A DNA stretch of 63,740 bases, filler included, from Clostridiaceae bacterium (lineage in GTDB: Bacteria; Bacillota; Clostridia; CAYPLH01; DUMO01), in assembly GCA_012839865.1 (NCBI GenBank). It is 5 parts of 5 records of this genome, joined end to end, with 100 filler letters (N's around TTAATTAATTAA, not from the genome) between each part and the next. Parts side by side here need not be neighbours in the genome. Positions count along the whole stretch, not along the records: positions 1 to 18,261 come from DUMO01000062.1; 4 more parts are not named here. One strand, written 5' to 3'. A program made the translations under genes and the position numbers. Numbering within the stretch: the stretch's first letter is position 1; every line of letters begins with the position of its first letter. The notes beneath the pieces are model-generated. The model was not told where the DNA came from. It saw only the letters and a program-made list of their open reading frames with translations, and made no database searches. This document shows, piece by piece, positions 1 through 10,112 of this stretch.

Positions 1-371
1 CACCTGTTGGTTTTTCAAGGGCAAAGTTACAGGCTAACACATTCAACCATGAAATCCCAATAGTGGGAATGGGGTGCTCGGAAAATTAAGTTCCGCAGTG
101 CTTGGATTTGTACTTGCCAAAAACAATTACTTCGCAACTTCTGTCATTTACACATCCCAATGTGCTCCAAATCATCTATATTAAATATTTTCATATCTTC
201 CGAAAAAAAGCCACCTTTTGTCTGAAAAGAGTCTACTTTATGACAACCATTATAAATAGTATACTTTTACATGCAGATGTTTTTTTGCAATCCTTGATTG
301 TAAATTTATGGATAAAAACCAACCGGATTGACCTCAAGCCAAACAAGAACTACATAACGGAGGGGATTTTT

Positions 372-1463
372 TTGGGATTCCTTTACAGCAGCACAGGAGA
401 AGTTAAGAAAATTCGAGGGCGCAAACACCAACTTGCTTTGGAAAACGGGCTGTCCTCATTATCGCAATTATATAAATTGATTCTGGTTACGGTTGTTTCC
501 CTGCTGATGTTATTTTCATCCGGATGCAGCTTGTTCCCTGAAGAAGAGGAAGTATTGGCGCCGCCGATGAAAAAGCCGCCTGAAGTGGAATATCAGTATA
601 TTGATGTAGCCAGGGGCGACGTCATACAGGAGATAACTGGCTATGGGTACTTTTATTATATAGTCAAGAGGGATGTTGCCTTTGAATACAGGATGGGGCC
701 GCTAAAAGGTATTTATGCCAAAAAAGGAGACCTTGTAAAAAAAGGGGACCTGCTGGCTGAGCTTGATATGGCGGATATAGAAGAAAAAATAGAAAAACAA
801 AAGCTCACCCTGCGCAAACTGGAAATTGACTATACTGCTGCAGTAACAAAAAATCTTGATGCCCTTGAACTTGAGAAGATTCTTTTGGATATCGAGGCAG
901 CTAAAATTACTTTGGCCGATTTGGAACGTGATTATAACAGAGGCCGCCTTGTTGCCCCGATTGACGGACAGGTGGATTATATTTCCACCAGGTTTAAGGA
1001 ACGTGAAAATGTTGAAACCGGATGGACTATAGTTCGCATAGCGGACACTTCCAGAACCCTGTTGGTTTATAATGGCCAAAGTGCAAGTTTATTCAGACCC
1101 GGAGATATAATTGAAGTGAAAATAGAAAACAAACCATACACAGGCGAGGTAATACCGCCGCCTGAAGACCTTTCAGAAGATCTGGCAAGCAAAAACCAGA
1201 GTAATGTTTATATTACTCTGAAGGATTATGATGGAGTAGTTCCTGCAGGAACTACAGGAACTATCAGATATGAAGTCGCCAGGAGGGAAAATGTTATACG
1301 TATACCCAAAAGATATTTGAGAATCTATAGTACCCGTAAATATGTATTGGTATTGGAAGATGGATTGAAAAAGGAACGGGATGTGGTGACGGGTATTGAA
1401 TCGGCGGAATTTGTCGAAATAATCAGCGGATTAAACGAAGGTGACAAACTTTATATAGATTGA
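372..1463 (+). CDS. RND/MacA-type membrane-fusion (periplasmic adaptor) lipoprotein
   Basis: Lipobox LFSSGC; biotinyl-lipoyl-like GDLVKKGDLLAELD and APIDGQV segments, a coiled coil, and the C-terminal GLNEGDKL motif. The ORF track starts at 102, but an in-frame TTG at 372 follows a GGAGGGG SD, so the start is refined to 372. Confidence 0.85.
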   Translation: MGFLYSSTGEVKKIRGRKHQLALENGLSSLSQLYKLILVTVVSLLMLFSSGCSLFPEEEEVLAPPMKKPPEVEYQYIDVARGDVIQEITGYGYFYYIVKRDVAFEYRMGPLKGIYAKKGDLVKKGDLLAELDMADIEEKIEKQKLTLRKLEIDYTAAVTKNLDALELEKILLDIEAAKITLADLERDYNRGRLVAPIDGQVDYISTRFKERENVETGWTIVRIADTSRTLLVYNGQSASLFRPGDIIEVKIENKPYTGEVIPPPEDLSEDLASKNQSNVYITLKDYDGVVPAGTTGTIRYEVARRENVIRIPKRYLRIYSTRKYVLVLEDGLKKERDVVTGIESAEFVEIISGLNEGDKLYID

Positions 1464-1496
1464 GCGTAAAGCATTTAAAGCCGGAGGAGATGCAAT

Positions 1497-2174
1497 ATGA
1501 GCGCAATTATCAGGACCCAGGACCTGTGCCGGAGCTTCCAGTCAGGCGGTGAAACAATACGTGCCCTTAAAAATGTCAATATTGAGATACAGGAAAAGTC
1601 ACTTACCATGTTAAAAGGCAGGTCAGGATCAGGAAAGACTACTTTGATAAACCTGCTGGGCGCCCTTGACCGTCCAACCAAAGGAAAGGTGTTTTTTCAT
1701 GACAGGGAAATAACTGCTTTGAGTGAAAGAAAGCGGGATGAATTAAGAAGACGGGATATTGGTTTTGTATTTCAGTCCGTAGCCTTGATATCGATGATGT
1801 CTGCCCTGGAAAATGTTGAATTCGGGTTGAGAGTGGCAGGTGTGCCGGCAAAAGACAGAAAGAAACGTGCAGAAGAATGCCTGACTCTGGTTGGCCTGTA
1901 TAAACGTATGCATCACAGGCCTCATGAGATGTCCGGAGGAGAGCAGCAAAGGGTGGCTATAGCAAGAGCCCTGGCTCACAAACCTAAAGTAATTATAGCT
2001 GATGAACCAACAGGAGAATTGGACACCCATACAGGTCTTCAGGTTGTCAAGCTTTTCCGGAATCTGGTTGAGCGTGAAGGAATCACCATCATAATGACAA
2101 CACATGACCCAAGCATGGTGGAGCTTGCTGATAATGTAATTACTCTTGATGATGGGGAGGTTGTCAATGAATGA
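1497..2174 (+). CDS. ABC transporter ATP-binding protein (LolD/MacB-like)
   Basis: Walker A GRSGSGKT, signature MSGGEQQR, Walker B IIADE, H-loop TTHD; SD GGAGGAG upstream. Confidence 0.95.
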   Translation: MSAIIRTQDLCRSFQSGGETIRALKNVNIEIQEKSLTMLKGRSGSGKTTLINLLGALDRPTKGKVFFHDREITALSERKRDELRRRDIGFVFQSVALISMMSALENVEFGLRVAGVPAKDRKKRAEECLTLVGLYKRMHHRPHEMSGGEQQRVAIARALAHKPKVIIADEPTGELDTHTGLQVVKLFRNLVEREGITIIMTTHDPSMVELADNVITLDDGEVVNE

Positions 2175-3085
2175 GCAAAAGTAGCTTGATGGTTGAATGC
2201 GAGAATCTGGTTAAAATATATAAAACTGCAGAAATTGAAGTAGTAGCGCTTCAGGGGCTGGACCTTACCATAGAGCGGGGCGAATTGATGGCTATTATAG
2301 GCAACAGCGGAAGCGGAAAGTCTACACTGCTTAACATGCTGGGAGGACTTGACCGTCCATCTGCAGGCAAGCTTTTTGTTGATGGGAAGGACCTTCTGAA
2401 GTTTGATGACAAAGCTTTAATCAAGTACAAGAGGGAGACAGTGGGGTTTGTCTGGCAGAATAATGCCAGAAACCTTATTCCTTATCTTACCGCCCTTGAA
2501 AATGTCGAATTACCCATGGTTTTTACCGGTAAGTCCCAAAAAAGAAAAAAGGCCAAAGAGCTCCTTGAAATGGTTGGCCTGTCACACAGAAGGAATAATA
2601 AATTGAGCCAGTTGTCTGGAGGAGAACAGCAGAGGGTTGCCATTGCCCTTTCTCTGGCAAATAATCCGGTTTTGCTGCTGGCTGACGAACCCACCGGTTC
2701 TGTTGATACCAAAACTGCGGAAAAAATACTGGATATCTTTCGTGAACTTAACAGAGAACTGGGTCTAACCATAATAATAGTTACCCATGACCGTCAGCTT
2801 TCAAGGAAGGTTGACAGGGTTGTGGCAATCAGGGATGGCCGCACCAGCAGCGAGTTCATAAGAAAGAGATCATATATTGAGGAAATGGAGAAAATGGGGA
2901 ACGGTTTCTTTAAAGAGGACGAAACCCATGAAGAGCTTGCTGTATTGGACAAGGTAGGGAGAATTCAAATACCGAAAGACTATCTTGATGCCCTTGACAT
3001 AAAGGGAAATCAAAAGCTGAGAGTAGAGCTTGAGGGGGACAGAATAGTCTTATTTGCACCTGAAGAAAGGAAGGGAAAGAGTTAA
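2171..3085 (+). CDS. ABC ATP-binding protein with C-terminal AbrB/SpoVT-like domain
   Basis: GNSGSGKS, LSGGEQQR, LLADE, VTHD. The C-terminal LDKVGRIQIPKDY...LRVELEGDRIVL resembles the AbrB swapped-hairpin pattern. Confidence 0.9.
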   Translation: MSKSSLMVECENLVKIYKTAEIEVVALQGLDLTIERGELMAIIGNSGSGKSTLLNMLGGLDRPSAGKLFVDGKDLLKFDDKALIKYKRETVGFVWQNNARNLIPYLTALENVELPMVFTGKSQKRKKAKELLEMVGLSHRRNNKLSQLSGGEQQRVAIALSLANNPVLLLADEPTGSVDTKTAEKILDIFRELNRELGLTIIIVTHDRQLSRKVDRVVAIRDGRTSSEFIRKRSYIEEMEKMGNGFFKEDETHEELAVLDKVGRIQIPKDYLDALDIKGNQKLRVELEGDRIVLFAPEERKGKS

Positions 3086-4122
3086 TGGGTATCTTAAGTA
3101 GGATTGACAGAATAAAGAAAAGAACAATCAAATTGGCAATTATAATGAGTATGATTACAATATTATCCGGTTCATTGTCCGGCTGCTTCCTTTATCCGAA
3201 GGAAAAGGAAGTTATGGCGCCACCTCTGAAGGAGCCTCCCCAAATTAAATATACAACTGTTGATGTAGCCAGGGGACCTATCGAAGATTCCTTATCTGTT
3301 TCAGGCACCTTTGTATCTGTGACCAGGGTGAATTTATTCTATGAAAGATCTTTGGGCCGGCTGAAAGCTTATCATGTCAAGGTCGGGGACTATGTTGAAA
3401 AAGGAGACCTGCTGGTTGAACTTGATACCAGTGCCCTCGAATCTCAAATAAAGATAAATGAACTAAATCTGAGAAAAGCTGAGATTGACCTTCTGCAGAG
3501 AAAAGCTTCAGGGGCTGACCAATATGCTCTGATGAAAATCCAGATTGATATTGAAAACCAGAAAGAACAACTTGAGGGACTCAAGAAGCAGCTTGAACAT
3601 GCAAACCTGACAGCACCTATAAGCGGTCAGGTTGATTTCATTAATACAAATTACAAGGTTGGGGACATGATACCTGCATACACTGATTTGTGCAGGATTA
3701 TTGACCAAAAGGACCTCCAGGTGGAGTATAGAGGAGATAAGGCTTATGAGTTCAAGCTGGGCATGGAAACGGAAATTATCGTTTCAAACAATGTGTATAA
3801 AGGAGTGGTTGTATCGACGCCTTCCAATATGCCTGAAGAACTTGCCACTAAAATCAGGGAAACTGTATATATAAAATTATATGAATTACCGGAAAATGTA
3901 AAGCAGGGAGAGACTGTCAGAATCAAGCTGATTCGCCAAAGAAAGGATAATGTTTTGAAACTGCCAAGGGAACTGGTTAAAATGTACAGTGGAAGAAAAT
4001 ATGTTCCGGTTCTTATAGACGGCAAAAAAGTGGAAAAAACCGTTGAAACGGGAATTGAGACACCTACTGAAGTTGAAATTGTAAACGGCCTTCAGGAAGG
4101 CGATAAAGTTATATATCAATAA
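3085..4122 (+). CDS. Second RND/MacA-type membrane-fusion lipoprotein
   Basis: Lipobox SLSGC; VKVGDYVEKGDLLVELD, APISGQV, GLQEGDKV; paralogous to 372..1463. Confidence 0.88.
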   Translation: MGILSRIDRIKKRTIKLAIIMSMITILSGSLSGCFLYPKEKEVMAPPLKEPPQIKYTTVDVARGPIEDSLSVSGTFVSVTRVNLFYERSLGRLKAYHVKVGDYVEKGDLLVELDTSALESQIKINELNLRKAEIDLLQRKASGADQYALMKIQIDIENQKEQLEGLKKQLEHANLTAPISGQVDFINTNYKVGDMIPAYTDLCRIIDQKDLQVEYRGDKAYEFKLGMETEIIVSNNVYKGVVVSTPSNMPEELATKIRETVYIKLYELPENVKQGETVRIKLIRQRKDNVLKLPRELVKMYSGRKYVPVLIDGKKVEKTVETGIETPTEVEIVNGLQEGDKVIYQ

Positions 4123-4130
4123 GGGAGGCA

Positions 4131-6962
4131 GTGACCTTGCTATTTATTGTACTTCGTAAAATGATAAGAAACCGGTGGATGGTATTATGCCTGTTAATCG
4201 GTTCAATTCTCTCGGTGGCAATGATAAGCAGCATACCGATGTATACTGATGCAGTGCTGCAGCGCATGTTGGTTAAGGACCTTGAAAGCTTCCAGCAGCG
4301 CACGGGATACTATCCCGGAAGATACTATGCCAAATTGAGCTATACATTTATTGATGGAGAAATCAGAGAAAAAGCCTTCAATGAACTGAATAGCCGGTTC
4401 ACAGGCAGGTTCAGGCAGGAAATCGGTTTGCCTATTGTTGCAGGGAACCGGACTTTAAAAATAGATTCTGCTACAATTTTACCGGAAAAGCCCAGGTCTG
4501 AGGAGCAAAAGAGAATATACCTGCACCTTCGGGCCATGTCGGATTTAAGCGACCATATAACGATTACCCATGGGCGCATGTTCAATACCGAACCCCAGGG
4601 AGATGTATATGAAGTTATAGCTACCGAAACTGCCATGAAAGAACTGGACGTTCTCCTTGATGAAGTATATATTGCAGACGGCATCAGTGAGACCCTTGGA
4701 AGACCCTTCAAAATCAAAATTGTTGGCATCTGTACGATAAAAGACCCAACGGATCCTTATTGGGCAAATCACTTTGTAGAATACAAGCAAACGTTATTTT
4801 TGGATTATGACCTGTTCGTGAAAGAGTTTATTGATACAAATTCACATCTTATTACCGGAAGCGAATGGTACTATGCTTTTGATTACCGCCAATTGACCCT
4901 TGATAAAATTGACAGAGTACTGACCGCATATGAAAACCAAAACCGGTGGCTTACCGGATATGTATCAATTATTGACTTCAAAGTGCCTGCAATTCCGTAC
5001 CTTGAGGAGTACCACCTCAGGGAGCAAAGCCTTAGAGTAACTCTTTGGGTGCTTCTGGTACCTGTTATGCTTATGCTTGCTTTCTACATATTCATGGTTT
5101 CACAGCTGATTGTTCAGAATGACCAGAATGAGATTGCAGTCCTGAAAAGCCGTGGAGCAAGCAATATGCAGATTTTTACAAGCTATCTCCTGGAGAGCCT
5201 GGTTATTTGCGGTATAGCCCTTCTGGCAGGACCGTTTCTGGGACATTTCCTTTGCAGGATGCTTGGTTCGGCAAACGGTTTTATGGAATTTGTGAACAGA
5301 ACCGCCCTGCCCATAAAGCTTACACCCAAAGCATATTTTTATGCTTTCTGGGCAGCGGGGTTGTTTGTGGTAACCATGCTGGTGCCGGTGGCCATGTCCA
5401 CAAGAACAACAATAGTTGAGCATAAACAGAAACTTGCCAGGGTCAGGAAAATGCCTTTCTGGCAGAAATACTGCATTGATTTGCTGCTTTTGGGTGTCGC
5501 AAGCTATGGACTTTACAGATACAATCAGCAGCAGGAAGTACTTTCACTCACCGGAATAATGGGTGTAGAGCTAAAAATGGACAACATTCTATTCCTGACA
5601 ACTACAGTTTTTATTCTTGGTACAGGACTTCTTTTCCTTAGAATTTACCCGTACATTATCAGGATAACCTTCTGGATTGGAAGAAAAGTCTGGCCACCTG
5701 CTCTTTATGCTTCTTTCATACAGGTAGGGCGTTCCAGAGGGCAGGAGCAGTTCCTCATGCTGTTTTTGATATTCTCCATTTCCGTGGGACTCTATAATGC
5801 AAACTCCGCAAGGACCATAAACAACAACATTACAGACAAGATACGGTATTCCGTGGGAACGGATATTGTTGTCAAAGGAGACTGGGGCGGCGGAACATAT
5901 TATACCATGGGGGAAGACGGTTCAGCAGGAGAAGCTGTTACCATGCCATACAGAGAACCGCATTATACGCCTTATACCGAGCTTGACGGTGTGGAGGCTG
6001 CTACAAAGGTTCTTTCCAGAGGCAAGGTTGAGGTCAGGGTTCTTAATAATACCATTCCAAACTGCAATATAATGGGGATTATTCCGAATGAATTCGGGAA
6101 AGTTGCGTGGTTTAGAAATGACCTTCTTCCATACCACTGGTATTATTATTTGAACCTCTTGACCGAATCACCCATGGCTGCTCTTGTGTCAAGTTCATTT
6201 CAGGATCAGGGTGTTCGTATTGGAGATAGGATACAGGTTACCTGGGACCGTCAGGAATATATAGACTTGTTTGTATATAATTTTATCGACTACTGGCCTA
6301 CTTTCAACCCTGCAGCCAAGGAAGGAAGCAAGAACAAGCCTTACCTGATTGTTGCAAATTTATCCTATATACAGGAAAAAATGGCCCTTGAACCTTATGA
6401 AGTGTGGTTGAAAAAGGAGGATGGGGCAACCAGCACACAAATATATAGTGACATGACCGATAAAAACATAGTGCTGACAGAACGAAAGGATGTTACCGAG
6501 CAAATAGTCGCGGGCAAAAATGATCCCATGCTGCAGGGAACCAACGGAGCCCTTACTTTGGGGTTTGTTGTAACCATGCTCATAAGTATAATAGGCTTCT
6601 TGATTTACTGGATTATTTCCATACAAAGAAGGATCCTGCAATTCGGTATTTTCAGGGCAATGGGCATGTCCCTCGGTAAAGTTCTTTCAATGCTGGTATT
6701 TGAGCAAATTCTGATATCAGGCATGGCATCTTTGGTGGGAATCATTGTAGGTGGTGTAACCTCCAATTTGTTTGTACCGCTGTTGCAGCTTATATACAGT
6801 TCAGCACAGCAGGTACCGCCCTTTAGGGTTATTGCCCTGGCGGAGGACTACCAAAAGGTCTATGCATTCCTTGGAAGCATGCTTTTTACAGGTCTCTTTG
6901 TCCTTGGATTGTTAATTTCCAGGATAAACATCAACCAGGCATTGAAGCTTGGAGAGGACTAA
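4131..6962 (+). CDS. FtsX/MacB-like ABC permease (two FtsX-type halves)
   Basis: EIAVLKSRGAS and QFGIFRAMGMS permease motifs, multiple TM helices and two large extracellular domains; last gene of the ABC operon. Confidence 0.88.
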   Translation: MTLLFIVLRKMIRNRWMVLCLLIGSILSVAMISSIPMYTDAVLQRMLVKDLESFQQRTGYYPGRYYAKLSYTFIDGEIREKAFNELNSRFTGRFRQEIGLPIVAGNRTLKIDSATILPEKPRSEEQKRIYLHLRAMSDLSDHITITHGRMFNTEPQGDVYEVIATETAMKELDVLLDEVYIADGISETLGRPFKIKIVGICTIKDPTDPYWANHFVEYKQTLFLDYDLFVKEFIDTNSHLITGSEWYYAFDYRQLTLDKIDRVLTAYENQNRWLTGYVSIIDFKVPAIPYLEEYHLREQSLRVTLWVLLVPVMLMLAFYIFMVSQLIVQNDQNEIAVLKSRGASNMQIFTSYLLESLVICGIALLAGPFLGHFLCRMLGSANGFMEFVNRTALPIKLTPKAYFYAFWAAGLFVVTMLVPVAMSTRTTIVEHKQKLARVRKMPFWQKYCIDLLLLGVASYGLYRYNQQQEVLSLTGIMGVELKMDNILFLTTTVFILGTGLLFLRIYPYIIRITFWIGRKVWPPALYASFIQVGRSRGQEQFLMLFLIFSISVGLYNANSARTINNNITDKIRYSVGTDIVVKGDWGGGTYYTMGEDGSAGEAVTMPYREPHYTPYTELDGVEAATKVLSRGKVEVRVLNNTIPNCNIMGIIPNEFGKVAWFRNDLLPYHWYYYLNLLTESPMAALVSSSFQDQGVRIGDRIQVTWDRQEYIDLFVYNFIDYWPTFNPAAKEGSKNKPYLIVANLSYIQEKMALEPYEVWLKKEDGATSTQIYSDMTDKNIVLTERKDVTEQIVAGKNDPMLQGTNGALTLGFVVTMLISIIGFLIYWIISIQRRILQFGIFRAMGMSLGKVLSMLVFEQILISGMASLVGIIVGGVTSNLFVPLLQLIYSSAQQVPPFRVIALAEDYQKVYAFLGSMLFTGLFVLGLLISRININQALKLGED

Positions 6963-7265
6963 TATTTGATTTTGGAATACTGCTATCAAACCACATCAAG
7001 CCGATGGTTCCGGCCGGGACGAACATTTAATACTGGAATACTGCTTAAAATACCACACCAAGCTGATGTTCCGGCCGGTACTAATATTTAACCTGACAAT
7101 ACTGCTGAAAGTTACACCCGGCAGAGAACAACTGCCGGGGCTTATAACTGATTTTAAGAATACTGCCAAAATACTGCACCATGCCATAAGTCCTTCCGGG
7201 ACAAACTTTCTATTGCAGGATGCCGCAAACGGCCATGCCTTGCAGCTTGTCCCGGCAAGGACTAA
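6961..7265. repeat. Degenerate tandem array, 61-bp period, about 5 units
   Basis: AATACTGC at 6976, 7037, 7098 and 7159 (exact 61-bp spacing); units 1 and 2 are highly similar; the fifth unit is degenerate. Confidence 0.8.
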
Positions 7266-7371
7266 TTTTTTGCTTAACCGGATAAAATAAACGTGACGTT
7301 TTCTACAATTATTGTTTACATTTTTTGCGGCATGAGATATCATACTAATGTTATTATTTACTAACGCATAG

Positions 7372-8688
<1,317 letters not shown>

Positions 8689-8765
8689 TATAAGAACATT
8701 TTTGCGGTCACCGGAAAGTGTTCAAAAAAGTCAGAAGAACGATTTTTTCAGGTCACAGGGCAGTT

Positions 8766-8790
8766 AACCAGGAGGGCAATCCTCCTGGTT
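8766..8790. terminator. Stem-loop after eno
   Basis: AACCAGGAGG-gcaat-CCTCCTGGTT perfect 10-bp stem; no strong U-tract. Confidence 0.55.
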
Positions 8791-8888
8791 GATTACTGTG
8801 CATCAGGTTGAATTAAATTATGTTTTGCTTGTATTTTTGGTTTTGTTGTGTTAAAATATGTTCTGTTCTTTAATCAGGAGGTGTTTTT

Positions 8889-9134
8889 GTGGAAGTACTT
8901 AAATATATAATGGTTATACTTCATTTAATCATTGCATTAGCCATTGTTATCATGGTATTGATGCAGTCAGGCAAATCTGCCGGTTTGTCCGGATCGATAG
9001 CAGGCGGGGCTGAAACATTTTTCGGCAAGAATAAAGGCAGGACTCTTGATGCATTGCTTGGCAAATATACTTCAATAGCAGCTGTTGCATTTTTAGTTAC
9101 ATCAATTATTTTACAGTTTGTATTTGGAATGTAA
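8889..9134 (+). CDS. secG: Preprotein translocase subunit SecG
   Basis: VLMQSGKSAGLSGSIAGG..FFGKNKGR motif, two TM helices; AGGAGG SD with GTG start; eno-secG-rnr context. Confidence 0.95.
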   Translation: MEVLKYIMVILHLIIALAIVIMVLMQSGKSAGLSGSIAGGAETFFGKNKGRTLDALLGKYTSIAAVAFLVTSIILQFVFGM

Positions 9135-9205
9135 GCTGTTTGGACTGTGGAAACATGGTCCTTTATTTTATCAGAATTTTTCGGTATGTTCTTGGGGGCG
9201 GTTAC

Positions 9206-9757
9206 TTGACCAGGGAAGAAGCTATCAGGGAAATCAGAATGAGAATTAAAAATGTAAATCTCATAAAGCATTCACTTGCTGTTGCTGCAATTATGAAATC
9301 ATTGGCTGCAAGATTGGGAGAAGCCCCTGAAAGGTGGGAGCTTGCAGGCATACTTCATGATATTGACTATGAGAAAACCGGCAACGATATGTCAAAGCAC
9401 AGCCTGATTGGCGCCGAAATCCTTGAAAATCTTGGCGTAGACGGTGAAATAGTATACGCTGTAAAGGCTCACAACTCATATCATGGAATTGAGCGCCGGA
9501 GGAGAATAGACAAGGCATTATATTGTTCCGACCCGGTATCAGGCCTTATTACCGCGTGTGCTTTAATTTTGCCTGATAAAAGCCTGGAGAAAGTCACTAC
9601 CGAATTTGTTCTGAAAAAATTTGACGAGAAATCCTTTGCCCGGGGTGCAGACAGAAACACCATTAAGACTTGCGATGAGCTGGACTTGTCTTTGGAAGAG
9701 TTCATCGACATATCCCTTAATGCAATGAAAGAAATAAAGGACGATTTAGGGCTTTAA
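9206..9757 (+). CDS. HDIG-domain metal-dependent hydrolase
   Basis: KHSLAV...LHDIDYE, KAHN, VLKKFDEKSFARG. Start refined to the TTG at 9206 after a GGGGG SD (ORF track starts at 9140). Confidence 0.88.
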   Translation: MTREEAIREIRMRIKNVNLIKHSLAVAAIMKSLAARLGEAPERWELAGILHDIDYEKTGNDMSKHSLIGAEILENLGVDGEIVYAVKAHNSYHGIERRRRIDKALYCSDPVSGLITACALILPDKSLEKVTTEFVLKKFDEKSFARGADRNTIKTCDELDLSLEEFIDISLNAMKEIKDDLGL

Positions 9758-10112
9758 TTTTATAATTGTCCTTCACTATTTTGATTTTATACTAGCATCT
9801 CAATAAAAGTGATGTACTGATTTTCTTTTTATACTGTCTTGTGTGACGGAGGAAGCAAAAGTCCATACATACGGCAATTGGTTTTATCTGCTTGATGTAT
9901 CTTTTCAGCAATATTTTTAAGGTGCAAGTTTAAAAAAGTTCAACTTTCTTGATTAAAATTTCCCATTATGTGTATAATGTTTAATACTCGAAGTTATATT
10001 TGCGGGTATTTTTGTTTACTGTTTTTTGCGGACTGCGGCTCGTGATACGTTGCGGCTTGGCTGATATTATTATACTTGCTTCAATAATTGATAAAGGAGA
10101 AAAGACTGAAAA

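Noticed and set aside
6961..7265. CRISPR array call for the 61-bp repeats
   Set aside because: There is no invariant 25-40-bp repeat with unique spacers, similarity extends across whole units, and no cas genes are present; kept only as a degenerate tandem array.
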